DNA of 64,000 nt from Azolla caroliniana (Eukaryota > Plantae > Polypodiophyta): assembly GCA_043228905.1 (NCBI GenBank), contig JBHGNT010000012.1:17174001-17238000 (forward strand), given 5' to 3'. A program made the position numbers and the translations under genes. The notes under the pieces were generated by a model that searched no databases, was not told where the DNA came from, and saw nothing but the letters and a program-made list of their open reading frames with translations. Of this stretch, positions 1 through 12,839 are shown one piece after another (the first letter of the stretch is position 1; the number at the start of each line of letters is the position of its first letter).

Positions 1-305
1 GGAGATTGCATCTCAAACTAATACTGGTTATCTTTTCATTGAGTGTGTTTTCACAGTAGAAGATGATTTCCATGAATGTGAGTGTATTGTTGTTCACGCG
101 GATTGTCTTTTACTTATTGGGGTTTTGATACATGGAGATGATTACCCTTGAATTAGAGGTTGAAGTTAGACCTCTCTTTGTCTAGGGGGGGGGTTCACAA
201 GGGGGAACAAGGTAACCCATGGTTGCATGACCATTCATCAAATCATTGATGTTGATCACCGTAAAGACCAAAGTCGTATCCTCGAATCAAAGGCAATGAT
301 AAGAC

Positions 306-480
306 GAGAGATGCTCTTGCCCTAAGATGGATTGACATGAGGTGATATTGTAGAATCAAAGATGTGAGACACTCTTTCCCTTTAAAGATGGATTTTCGTG
401 AGGTGATATTGCAAAATCAAAGATCAGAGATGCTCTTTCCCTAAGAGAGATTTATATGAGGTGATATTGTAAAATCAAAT
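306..480. repeat. Degenerate tandem repeat, ~3 copies of a ~60-bp unit
   Basis: GAGA(T/C)(G/A)CTCTT..CCT..A...GATT....TGAGGTGATATTG.A.AATCAAA recurs three times. Confidence 0.75.
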
Positions 481-798
481 ACTATATTGGAACGAGGAAA
501 ACAATCACACAAGAGGCAAGATCCCCAAAATCAAAGGCAATTACTTATTGGGGCTCATCTAGTTTCTTACTTCAAGGGCCATTACATACACACCCCACAA
601 ACGTTACGTGTGACCGAGATAATCACGACTCCTGATTGCAAGACGAGGATGGACACTTATGTGTTAAGAATGCGCATCATGAGAAAGGTTTACGCACAAT
701 GTTCAAGACACAATTGCGATGTGCACAACCTTCTTTTCCAGAGCCAAGGTGCAAATTTACGTTCTAGGGAAGCGGGGCAATGAGCCGAACCGAAATGA

Positions 799-976
799 GG
801 ATGACCGACCACTAACGGAGGCCTCATGTATTAGGGGAAAAAATAGTTTCCGATCGAGCTTTTGGGATCATTGAGCATATATCGTGCGGCACAAGAACAA
901 GGATGATCAGCCGCTAGTTGAGGCCTCTCTGTATGTCAGGGGTAAAGAATAGTTTCCGATCGAGAGCTTTCGGGAC
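799..976. repeat. Two-copy degenerate direct repeat (~100-bp period)
   Basis: GGATGA..GAGGCCTC..TGTAT..AGGGG.AAA.AATAGTTTCCGATCGAG..TTT.GGGA occurs at ~799-868 and ~901-976. Confidence 0.65.
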
Positions 977-1132
977 AGGGCAGAGAACGGCCATACGGAG
1001 CGACCTAGCTTACATGGCATGAGACTTTTTCAATGGATAATTTTGGGATAATTTTTCATAGATAATTCATTCTTAGCTTGGTCACAATTGTATATATACC
1101 CTTTGAAACTCATAAAGGTCAAATCATCATCT

Positions 1133-1163
<31 letters not shown>

Positions 1164-1492
1164 GAATCCCCTGTTTTTCCTTGACAACAAAAGAACAAGA
1201 AGCATGGGGCCTAACCACTTGCATATGGAAGAAGAAGGTAAAGCTTGTTCTTCTGTATACTCTGTTGATGCCATTCTGAGGTATAATCCTTTGTTCCAGA
1301 CTAAGTAGAAAGAGGAGGAGGAGGAGGAGGTGTCAAATATGTATGTATGTGTGCACGCACATGAATGGTAAGAAGCCATTGATCCCAACTATTAGATGCA
1401 TGGCATGCAAGGTAAGAAAAGAGATTCATCAAAATATATACAGATATACACGCATGGATGCTTTATACATATAGAAGGATAGCACATACAAT

Positions 1493-4400
1493 ATGCAAGG
1501 TAGAAGTACCACACTCAAGGGAGGTACAGGAAATGTGGCCCTTTCCCCTGTTTCGGAAATGCTTTCCAGAGTAATTCGCCTTGCGGCTGATACTGCCTTC
1601 GTGGCGAAGGATGTGCTCATCGAGAAGTCAAACTTCCATGATCTGTCCCAATACTTGGAAAGGATTTCCCCTATTCTAGTGGAACTAAAAGAGAAGAACG
1701 TGAGAGATAAGCCGTCCATGAGATTGGCTCTCGAGTCATTAGAACGCGAAATCAAGAAAGCGAATGAATTGGTCAATGAGTGTACTACTAAGAGCAGGAT
1801 TTATCTGCTTTACAATTGTGGGAGTGTCGTGGAACGCCTCCAGAATGTCATCCAGGAGATCGGAAAATGTGTTAGTGGCATTCCCATCACAACCCTCGAT
1901 GTTTCCATGGAAATCCGAGACAAAACTTTGGAGTTATATAATCAGATGCAAGGGGTAGAGTTAAAGGTTTCTCTTGGAGGAGAAGACATTGTCAAGAAGC
2001 TCCATGTAGGTGTGAGAGAAATGCGAGGTGATTATGCGAAAAGCTTCATTGATCAATTCATGCAACTATTCGGCTTGTCGAATAGTCCAGCATCAATGAG
2101 AAAAGAGCTTGAAAAGCTAAAGCAAGAGAAAGATGAGGCATTGCTAGGAAAAAAGCAATCAGAGGCAACTGAACTCGAGCAGATTATAGAATTTCTTAGT
2201 CGGACAGATTCTTTACAGCACATTAGTGAGGAAGAAAGTGAAAGTGAATATTGGAAGGCGAGAAAAAAAACTATGGGGCTACTCGTACAACCATTGAAAT
2301 CTTTCTACTGCCCACTAACTAACAAAGTAATGAAGGATCCAGTAGAGATCGCATCAGGTCAGACATTTGAACGTAGTGCAATAGAAGCATGGTTCAAGGA
2401 AGGAAATACAGTATGTCCTATTACAAAATCTCAGCTTCATAACTTAGAGATACATTCAAATGTGTCTCTTTGCAATTCTATTAGAGAATGGAGGGATCGG
2501 AACATTTCCATCACCATTGGTGCCGCTGCCCATAAGCTTCAGTCCGAGGATGAAAAGAAAAAAATTTCTAGCTTGAAGGAGTTGTACAAGCTAAGTGAAG
2601 AGAAAGCTATTCATAAGATTTGGATACGTAAGGAAGGGCTTATCCCAATCATTTCAAGTATGTTATCTGGTCAAAAGCCTACTGTGAGAAGGCAAGCATT
2701 GGTGACACTATATAGTTTGGCGGTTGGTGATGCCATCAACAAGGTATGATGAACCCTTTTCTTTTGTTTTTTTTCAGTTCTTTTCATTAAATTGTATTTT
2801 TCAAGTCCATTTAATAATGAGAAACAATATACCACTGAGATTACATGGCATCATGCAAGAAAAGTACTAAATGCTTTAAGCATAAAACAGAAGAAAAGTG
2901 GATGAAATTAGGTCTCTCTACCTTTAAAAAAATTACAATTGTTTTTCAGTGAATGCCGCTGAAGCTCTTAAAACTTAGTTTTAGAAAAAGAAACTTATGG
3001 TAGCTTTAGAAAGAATAAAACCATTAAATCTAGAAAACATGAAAAAAAGGCATGATACAATGTTTCAATTATCTTTATAATCCTCTGCATAGATCTATAA
3101 GAGAAAAAGTAGCTTTGGCATGGCCATATGGTGAAGCTTGAAACCATTAAATCTAGAAAACATGAAAAAAAGGCACGATACAATGTTTCAATTGTCTTTA
3201 TAATCCTCTGCATAGATCTATAAGAGAAAAAGTAGCTTTGGCATGGCCATATGGTGAAGCTTGAAACTATGTTGAATCATCTCATTTGTATTCATTACAA
3301 AAAATACAAAATGATCAGGAGAAGATAGCTGATGCTGGTGCAATTCACCATGCTGTACGCTCCTTGGCACGTGATGTGAAAGAAAGTAGGCTTGCTGTTG
3401 CTCTTCTTTTAGAGCTTTCTAAGGATCCATTAGTTTGTGAACGAATTGGGAGAGTGCAAGGTTGCATTCTTCTTTTGGTTTCCATGTTGAACAATGGAGA
3501 CCAAGAAGCAACACATGATGCGAAAGAACTCCTTAACAACCTTTCAAGTGACAACCAAAATGTAGTACAAATGGCTGAAGCAAATTATTTCAAACCATTG
3601 GTGCAACATTTGTTTGAAGGTATGCATTTTTCTTTTCTCATAAAACTAAACTTTAATACAACTAAACCTCAATACAATTTGGGATAGACTAGCAATAACG
3701 CAAGAAACGCTTTCTAGTGCATTACATATTTTCGAATTGAATGTGCTATTTTCGTTTCAACTTTTAAAGTTGTTTGCTGCTTTTTTAAGCTTTTTAGTGA
3801 ACTTAAAGAGGTCATAACTTCTTTTCTGACCAAGAGATAATCTACATCTACTTCTCTTAGCAATTTACAACCATATGTAGAGCTTTTAGGCAAACACAAA
3901 AGTGAGAAAATGGATCTTTTAGGGAGGACAATAAAAATTTATGCTGACTTCCAAAATCGCGATATCATAGAATTATATCTTGATGTTCCTCAATTAGTGA
4001 TGCGTGAAGATCTCGCTAAGAGTATAAAACTGCTTGCGCAACTCCTCATATTTGCATTCGCATTCAATCTTGTAAAGAATGCTAACGCTCATACAGTGGG
4101 GGTGTGCGGAAGTGTAGTGCATTTCTGAGAGTGGGTGTGTGAGCAAGAGAAGGAATAAGAGAAAACAACAAGAAATAATAAAATACAGAGGAGAGGGGAT
4201 GATAGCTTATGCACTGAAGAGAAAACTATATTAATCAACTAAAAATCATGAACTGAACATAGTGGACCAAGTGGGTTTTATATATAAGTCTTCAAGGGAC
4301 TGCCACATTACATGTGGTTGGTAGAGTCTAGTCATTGACATCCACTTGAGTACGATTTTGTCATAAGAATATCTAATATTCTTTGATCACATTTACTCTT

Positions 4401-7400
4401 GATAACTAACTAGAGATCACAATCTAGTTCTTCATGTAACGAGATAGTTCACACAGATTATAATAACGCGTGCTCGCGCACTTTTTCACACATCCTGCTT
4501 TTCTCCATAAGCACATGTTCACTCGAATTGAGCTTGATTCTCAACATGCCCCCTCAAGATCAATTGTGTGTCCTCTTAAGGTTGGTTGTCTCGGTGTAGT
4601 GACTTGGTTGAAGTTGCTTGAACTGTAGGTCTATGGTTGTCACATTGCTCTTATGTACACTATCTAGATCTTGCAAGGTCAATCTTGCCGATCCAGAAAG
4701 TGTTGACAAAATTCCCGAGGTGTCGGGGTTTTTCGCCAGGCTTATGTGATTGGGGTTTTGCTCTGGGCACCATTTGTGTTTGTCTTACCCCATCTCGCTT
4801 GTGCTCTATCCCATCATTGGTTTATTGAAGTCTGTGAGGTCCCGGTATTGGCTCGTTGACCAATTTGTTGAAGTCTCTCAACTGTCTTTTAAGCCATACT
4901 GCTTCACATGCAACTATAGTTGCACCCCTATACTTTGCCAATAGATCCACTGTTGGCTGTTTCTTATTGTTGCAGAAGATCGTTCCATTGTGTAATAACA
5001 ATATAAAAATCACGAGGTGGATCTCTTGTTAGATGCGTTACATGCCTAATCAACATCCATGAACCTTTTGAGTCAAAGTGATACTCAGTGCTTGTAGAAG
5101 ATACTGCGATCAAGTGTTACACTAACATATTGTAACATGTTAAGCACGATTCATGTGGGGGTTTCCATGAACTAGCTAAGGAGCCTAACCATGTAGCTGT
5201 GGTCTGGTTGGGTGATTGTCAAATTAGACAAGAGTCCTGATTATATGTTGATATTGCATTGACTTGCAAAATTTGCTAGAATCTGCACTTAGCTTCATAT
5301 TTTGATGAAGGGGTGTTGAGATGGACTTAGATTGGGTTCAACACGTAGTGTCATTGTGAGCAGGAACTTGTTTGGAGTTTGAATGACCTCGATATCGAGA
5401 AAATAATGTAAGTCATTGAGGTCCTATCTCAAACTTTTTTGAAAGCAACTTTTTTATCTTCTGTGTTTCGACAAGGCTTTTTGCACTGATGACAAGGTCA
5501 TTGACATACAAGATAACTAAGATTGGGCTTTTGGGATTGTTCCGGAAGTTCAAGTTGTCAAATTTTGACAACCAATAGCCGATATTATGACAATACAATG
5601 TGATATTTGAATCCCATGCTCTCGGAGCTTGCTTCAATTTGTAGAACGGTTTCTTCAATCGGTAAACCGTGTGCGGAGGTGTCCTTGATTTATAGCTGTG
5701 TGGTTGCATTATATAAACTTCCTCCTTGATGCCGGGCCATACCATGATGCCGCTTTATCGAATACCACATCTCAGCTTATTTGTGACTGCTGAGTGGTAG
5801 TGTTAAAACATGTATAACCTTTTTGCTCAAATGAGTAACTGATGAGGTTCATCTTCTCATCGGGTATGTGCACGTATGCAATGCTGCCAAAAACCATCGT
5901 GTATGAAAGGTTTAGTTTTCTCTTGAAATTCTTCTCATGAGGGGTCATATTGTAGACACCCTCAGTCATGCAACCATTGATGAGATACACGGCCATGATT
6001 GGCATGTTCTTTTCCTGCAGCATGGCATAGACCATCTCAAGAGTTGTATGATTCTTCCACTCAGGAACACCGTTTGTTGTGGTGTGTATTGGCAAGAGAA
6101 TTCACGGTAAATCCCCTTCTCTTCAAGGTAGGCCATGAACTTGGCTAAAAAAGTATCCTCGGTCACCATCAGACCGTAAGTATTGAATCTTGTGATTTGT
6201 CTTGTTTTCTGCGTGACTCTTTCACTTGAGAAAGTGAGAGTAGACCTCACTTCTCAACTTCATTGGGCATATCCAGGTATGCTGCAAATAATTGCCAATG
6301 AAGGTAATGAAGTAATTACACCTACCGATTGTTTCATTCTGAGCCGGGCCCCATACGTCCGTGTGGATGACATCCAACATGCCTTTACTCACATTCCTCT
6401 TGCTTGGGAATGCATGCTTACGTTTCTTGTCTAGCTGGCATGCCTCACATACATTATCGGGATTTTTCGGAGTAAGTCGTGGCAAGCCGTGCACAACTGC
6501 TTTCATTTGCGTAGATTGGAGTTTGCCAAGGTTTACGTGGCCAACCCTCTTTGTGCCACAACTCAATATCGGACTTGGCCTTGAATCCCATTGCATGCAT
6601 TGCTGTGTTCACCTCGGTCGTGTTGATGATAAACATGCAACGTTCTCTTCTTGCATGAGCGATTAGCTGGGCCACCTGTGTGGTTGAATTGTACTTGCAT
6701 TCCTGCTTCACAATTTGGTAATTGAGACCAAATTCTTTGTGATCATTGGGATATGCAGTACGCCCTTGATTTAACCCTTGTTGTGAAAGGCCACATCTTC
6801 AATGTGCTCGATCGTGTGTGTGGAGTCATCATTGGTCTCCACAATGCTGGGTCTCTCGGGTTCCCTCAGATTCATGAACCATTATTGATGACTTGTCATG
6901 GGCTTTGAGGCTCTTGAGTTCACGGACGCCTGGTTAAGTCTCGCTCCCCACGTTTCTTCTCCATAGAGAAGAGTTGGTGTGACAAATGTATCAAATAACC
7001 ACAGCTTAGTTTGTGGCTCTTGGAACTGCAAATGTGTACATTGTCTCTCGAGAGCATCAAGGGCTGCATATCCACAAGAAAGTCGGGCACAAGCAGCCTC
7101 CCGTAAGGAGAACCTAGGCCCTGTAAATGTTACTCCTAGGTGGTTTGTATATACAAGTCCTCAAGGGAGTGCCACATTAAATGTGTACGATTTTGAAATA
7201 AGAACATCTAATATTTTTTTACCACATTTACACTTGACAACTAACTAGATATCAAAATCTAGTTGTTTGTGTAATTAGATAGTTCACACAGATTGCAATA
7301 AAAAAGTGTGTGGCATTAAAGAAGATATTTATGGAATATAAAGAGGTTCTATGATCCATTTATATGGATGCCAAGCACCATTTATGAAAAGTGGAATATT

Positions 7401-9113
7401 TTAAATCTTAGGTTTGAAACCGGTTTTGGCACTGTTTATTGTATTTGATAGTAATAACTCATTTGTAGAGGACGTTTTCTAAAAAATAAATTTAATTTGT
7501 TGTGTTCAGGATCTGATATGAGTAGGACACTTATGGCGAGTGCATTGGCTCGGATGAGTCTTACAGAGCAAAGCAAGGCGATGATCGTGACAGAAGGAGT
7601 GATACCACCTCTAGCAAAAATGATATCTACTGGGAAGCTTGAGGGTAAGACTGCCGCTTTAGGAGCTCTCCAGAACCTCTCCACTCATCCTGAAAATCGA
7701 GACCCAATGATAAATGCAGGGGTTATCCCTACCCTATTGCAGGTTTTAGTCTCAGTCACGTCGGTTTCAATGAACTTGAAAGAACTTGCTGCAGCCACAC
7801 TTGCGAATCTTGCCACTGCGACTGCGTCCAATGGAGATAATATCAGCAACTCTGTTGATTCGGAGAAGGGTCTCAACGACATGTCCAATTCAGGAAGTGG
7901 CATTGGCAACATTCGTGATTCAGGAATGGATAGCAGAAACATCCTCAATTCGGATGATACGATATTGCAGCTACTTTCATTGCTTAATTTGGTTGGACCA
8001 ATCAATCAAGGACACCTTCTGCGGGCACTTAATGGTATGGCCTCATCACCACCAACGGCCACCTTGGTGAGGGCGAAAATGAGAGAAGCAAATGCATATC
8101 AGCTTTTATTACCTTTCTGTGAAGTCAAGGATGTGGAAATTAGGGTGAATGCTGTAAAGCTCTTGTATAAGCTATCTGAAGAAGAAGGGATCAAAGATGA
8201 GTTCTCGGAGCTTTTTGGACAAACCTACATATCTGCTCTAGTGAAGCTGCTTTCATCCGAAAGGGATGACGAAAAAGTGGCGGCGGCCGGTGTGATTAGC
8301 AAACTACCGGAAAATGACTCTCGTTTGACGGAATTGCTCTGCAATGCCAATGCTTTAACTCCATTCCTCAATATACTCCAGTGGGGCACCGAGTCAAGCT
8401 TAACATTGAGGCGGTCTAAAAGCCAACTCTTGGAAATGGCTTCTCGAGCCTTGATGAGATTTACTTTACCATCCAACATAAGCTTACAACATCTAGTGGC
8501 ACAAAAGAATGCTATCCCGCTCCTTGTGCGAGTACTAACGATCGGGTCACCACTAGCCAAGAAAGAAGCCGCCCTTGTGCTTAGCCGATTCTCCGAGAAT
8601 ACCGCAAAGCTGACCACCCCTATAGTGAATGATAACACAGGGTGCCGGTGTTTCTTTCTTTTGCGCAAACCCGAGGCCATGTGTAGAGTTCACATGGGGG
8701 TATGCTCTGTTAAAGGCTCGTTCTGCTTAGTAGAAGCAGGGGCGGTAGGCCCATTAATACGAATGCTTGATGATGAGATGGAGATCAATGAGGTTCATGA
8801 AGCTTCCCTTTGTGCTTTGTCTACTCTCTTGAAGGATGAGACTTGGGAAAAGGGCATTGACGTGATAGCCAAGGCCGACGGGCTCCGACCCATTGTGAGG
8901 TTGCTTTGTGATGGGTCTCCTAGTGTGAAAGAGAGAGTGATTTGGATACTCGAACATTCTTTTCGAATAGAAAAATATAGGATGGAGTTTGGGGTAGAGG
9001 CGCAGATGCCACTTATAGACCTCACCCAGAATGGGAGCGCTACATCGAGGTCATTGGCCGCAAGGTGTTTGGCTCACTTGGATATTTTACATAATCAATC
9101 TACTTACTTTTGA
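1493..9113 (+). CDS. Plant U-box/ARM-repeat E3 ubiquitin ligase (PUB43/44-like long form with N-terminal UND/four-helix domain), ~1051 aa, 3 exons
   Basis: Exons 1493-2743, 3319-3619 and 7510-9113 have GT/AG borders and matching phases (0, 1). U-box motif SFYCPLTNKVMKDPVEIASGQTFERSAIEAWFKEGNTVCPIT; many ARM repeats; motifs NVVQMAEANYFKPLV and CRVHMGVCSVKGSFCLVEAGAV; C-terminal LAHLDILHNQSTYF. Confidence 0.93.
3018..3263. repeat. 123-bp two-copy tandem duplication in PUB intron 1
   Basis: AAACCATTAAATCTAG...GGTGAAGCTTG at 3018-3140 and 3141-3263, differing by only a few substitutions. Confidence 0.92.
4071..7300 (-). mobile_element. Degenerate Ty1/Copia element in PUB intron 2, antisense to the host gene
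   Basis: Minus-strand fragments: GAG-pre-integrase/integrase (VCEACQL, IHTDVWGP), RT (KLKQAPRAW, LYVNDL) and RNase H (ACEAVWLKRQL). 3' LTR 4071-4546 (TG..CA) is preceded by PPT GAGGGGGCA. A partial second LTR at ~7140-7300 resembles 4270-4465. Confidence 0.88.
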
Positions 9114-10864
9114 GACACTCAACCCAGGCATGCGTTTTGATTGGGGGGTGGGTGAAGGTTTTCATTGTTTGGTGACTTAGGGTTCATATGCCGTCCTATT
9201 TGATGGCTTTGTATTCTTTCCTCATTGTATAATATACAAGGTTCTTTGGCATTACATGGGAGTGAATCTTGTGTGGAGCTCGCACAATTGGCTTAATTTT
9301 GATTTTAGGCACACCAATAATGTATAGAGAGACACTAACTTCAATATCTCCCCCAGAAATTTGCTTTATTAGGGTTTGGTCTTTGAATCTCCACCCCCAA
9401 GGAGAGTTGAAACGCAAGTGTTTCCATGTTTGGTGAGAACTTGAAGGTTCTCAAACTACATAACAAGGAGCTATTTTTAAATAACTATTCCCGTCGAATT
9501 ATCTGCCACATCGTATAGTATTTATTGCCCAATGCCTAATGTGATGTCGAATCATAACCTATGCAGCCCCTAAAATAACAATATTGTTGTAATGAACCTA
9601 CACTTGCATGTTAATAAAACAATGTTTATGATTGAAGGTTCATGTCCCATCTAAAATGCGCCTTCGAATTTGAAGCATTTAGAATAGGTTAATGTAATCA
9701 ACGATAGGTTCGCGTGCCATTTAGAATGTGTAAGGATTTGATACAAACTTTAGAATGAATGGAATTATAAGGGCTGTCTAATGAATTTCTTTTGAGTAAT
9801 AGATTATATTATAAGGTTCAAGAAAAATACAATTTTGTTATAAGCCAAAAGTACACTTAAGTTAATGGAATTATTTCCTTTTAATTGGGTAGATAATGGA
9901 ATTGTCAAAGTCCGCGCTTATCCAATATAATGTAATGGATGCTAGGGAACGAGTGGTCTTGGTATTGGGAGTCATGTTGGAGTCTTGAATAGTAAAGGCA
10001 TTGCCATCTAGAATTGTTAAAGGTTATGATGGTCAATGACAACGATAGTTAAGGATAAAATTGTACTTTCTTAGCAAATTTTTCTCTAGCAAAAGCTTTT
10101 GCTCCTTGATGAAATTGACACACCCAACCGCTCACAAAGGGAGCATGCCCCTTCAAAACATTATCCACAAAACCAACAACCTAGCCATAATTGTGTGATT
10201 ACAAAGAATACTTTATAAATATGTTGTCACCATAGACTAGGGCTCCAACCCTTTTACTACCTCAGAGACTTTGTCAACACCATGTCTCAAAACATTTGTT
10301 GTATTATATTTGTATTGATGCCATATCAATGTTGTGTGTGTGTGTGTGTGTGTACATAAAACCCACACATGTTGTCTTAGATGATGTAGCGTACCGATCC
10401 ATGAATTCTTTGTATTTGTACACATTATTTTCTTAAATCTAGGTATCATATCAACTTTGCCAAATTTCTCTCTGTATGTGTGAATGAGATCTTCGGAAAC
10501 ATATTTGAAGATTCCAGCGCACTTTCTAATTGTGTGTGTTTGTGTTTCTTAAACTATTGTCCTAGAGCCAATGATTTTCTGTTTACATCCGTGTGGGTAG
10601 GTGGGATCTTCATAAACACATTTGAGATTACCTCTCTTTCTCTCTCTCTCTAGCAAGTGATCTAAATGAAGGGCAAGCATTTAGAATTTCTAAGCACTTT
10701 GATGCCCATGATCAAACGGTACAAATGGTTCACAGACATATACCACCCCAGAATAGAACCCATATATTTCATTAAAGGATGAGGTTTACAATGATTGGTT
10801 TTCACAAGGTTTATGCTCCCACAAACAGAGATAAAATTGTAGTACAAGCTTTTTTGGGGTCCTC

Positions 10865-11234
10865 AAGAAACCATGAAAGATATAGTAATAGTAAACAAAA
10901 CTTTAACTATACAATTGTAAGAAAAATCAAACGAGATGAACACGTTGGTTGAAATGGTCTCCCACCAGCTTCACGATGGGTTCAAAAATATCCTTGCGGA
11001 AATGCCACATCTTCTACTTGCTTTCCGAGGATGAATTCTCTTGTTAAAGAAAACCATGAAATAGTAACAGTAAATAGAACTCAACTATACAATTGTAACA
11101 AAAACCAAATGAGATGAACATGCTGGTTGAAATTGTCTCCCACCAGCTTTGCGACTTCACGATGGGTTCAAAAATATCCTTGCTGAAGTGCAACATCTTC
11201 TACTTGCCTTCTGAGGATGAATTATTTTGTTAAA
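10865..11234. repeat. ~182-bp two-copy tandem duplication
   Basis: AAGAAACCATGAAA...ACGATGGGTTCAAAAATATCCTTGC...GAGGATGAATT...TGTTAAA starts at ~10865 and again at ~11047. Confidence 0.88.
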
Positions 11235-12510
11235 CAAAGCAAGTACTCTTAACCACTCTCACAAAGGTACTGAACTTTCAAGCTGATTTGTCTTCTTTGT
11301 ATGTGACCTTTGAAAACCTCTTTTTTATTGGAAGGTCTAATGCTTTCCTAAAGGCACCTTTGCTTTTTCTTTTGTATATTTGTATATTCTTTTTTCTCCT
11401 ACCTTTTGTCCACTTCAACATTTCTGGCCAATGTGAAAGGGTTGATTATGACATGGATGATCGAGCGATGGCCAATGGCCGATGGCGTGGTATCCACCTG
11501 GCTGGTGGCATGACAACATGACGCCAATAACGTTATTCTATCTATGACATTAACTTCTTATTCATGTGGAACATTAATATTTCGGTAAAAGATAAAAGTA
11601 AGGTCCCACACTTATTTTACAATTTCCCTTCCTCCCTCCCCCAAGTGCTCGCGCCAGATACATTCTTCATAAATTTTGCAGATAATCTTTTCAGGAAATT
11701 CTCCTCACGATCTTGGCTTGTGTGGTTCATTGACTCATTTCTCATTGCAAAAACAATTTCATGAGTCTTAGGAGCAAGCAACAATTCCGTGGCTCGAGTA
11801 AATTACTCGAGCGTTAAAAAAAGTTAGAAGTAGCGAGTAACAAGCTCGATGTGTGTAACCCAAAAAAGGAAGCAAGAAAATTAAGAAAAAGAAAGAAACA
11901 AGAAATTTAATAAACTGTTGTTTGGTTGAGTTTGATGAGGGCATTGGACAAAAAATGCGCGTGAACCATACGAGCGCATGCTTTGACATGCTATGGGATG
12001 AAGTAGGCTTGTGATAGCCAATGAAAGATAAAAAAAAAGGCTATGCAATGGGGCTATGTTTCCATGGACATGAATCAAGACACTGTCAAGTTATGAGGTT
12101 CAAGGTCATTAGAAGTGAAAGAGGATGGGCGGAAGACGAAGTGCACAAAATGTAATGGGCAGGGTTCTTGTTTCTTTTGGTGTCATTTGGTGCTAGATGG
12201 TTAGTGTGTGTGCACGTACGTTGGAAGAAACAAGATTAAACGAACGGAGGAAGCATTTTCACTAGAGTTGGATAGGCCCCATCCCATGGCTTCTTTCGGT
12301 TGTGCGCGCGCGCGTGTGGTAGGTAGTCAATGGATCGAGAAGAAGAGGCTCTCCCCATGAGAGGCATGATATGAGGGATGTGTTTCTTATATACATAGAC
12401 ATATATGTATATGTATATGTATAAAAAAAGGGACCAATAGAACAATACACAAAAAAAGGTGGTCATGCAAGAAATGTAGAGGTGGAAGGGGTATGGCCAA
12501 CAAGAATTGA

Positions 12511-12633
<123 letters not shown>

Positions 12634-12839
12634 TTTACAAAAATTACACAAATGCCCTTATCACACTCACCCACAACTTCTACTACTATATAATTGCATG
12701 CATTGTAAGTGCTTTGGGCCCATTTTGTCCCTACTATTATTATTACAAGACACTCTTCTACCTCACAACAAAGACACATACATACTCTTCAACACAACAA
12801 AATTGATTGGATTTGAGAGAGAGAGAGAGAGGCAAAGGC

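Noticed and set aside
306-480. CRISPR-like repeat spacing
   Set aside because: Whole units are similar with no unique spacers, and the context is eukaryotic.
487-783. 98-aa ORF
   Set aside because: TTG start, no recognisable motif or splice context.
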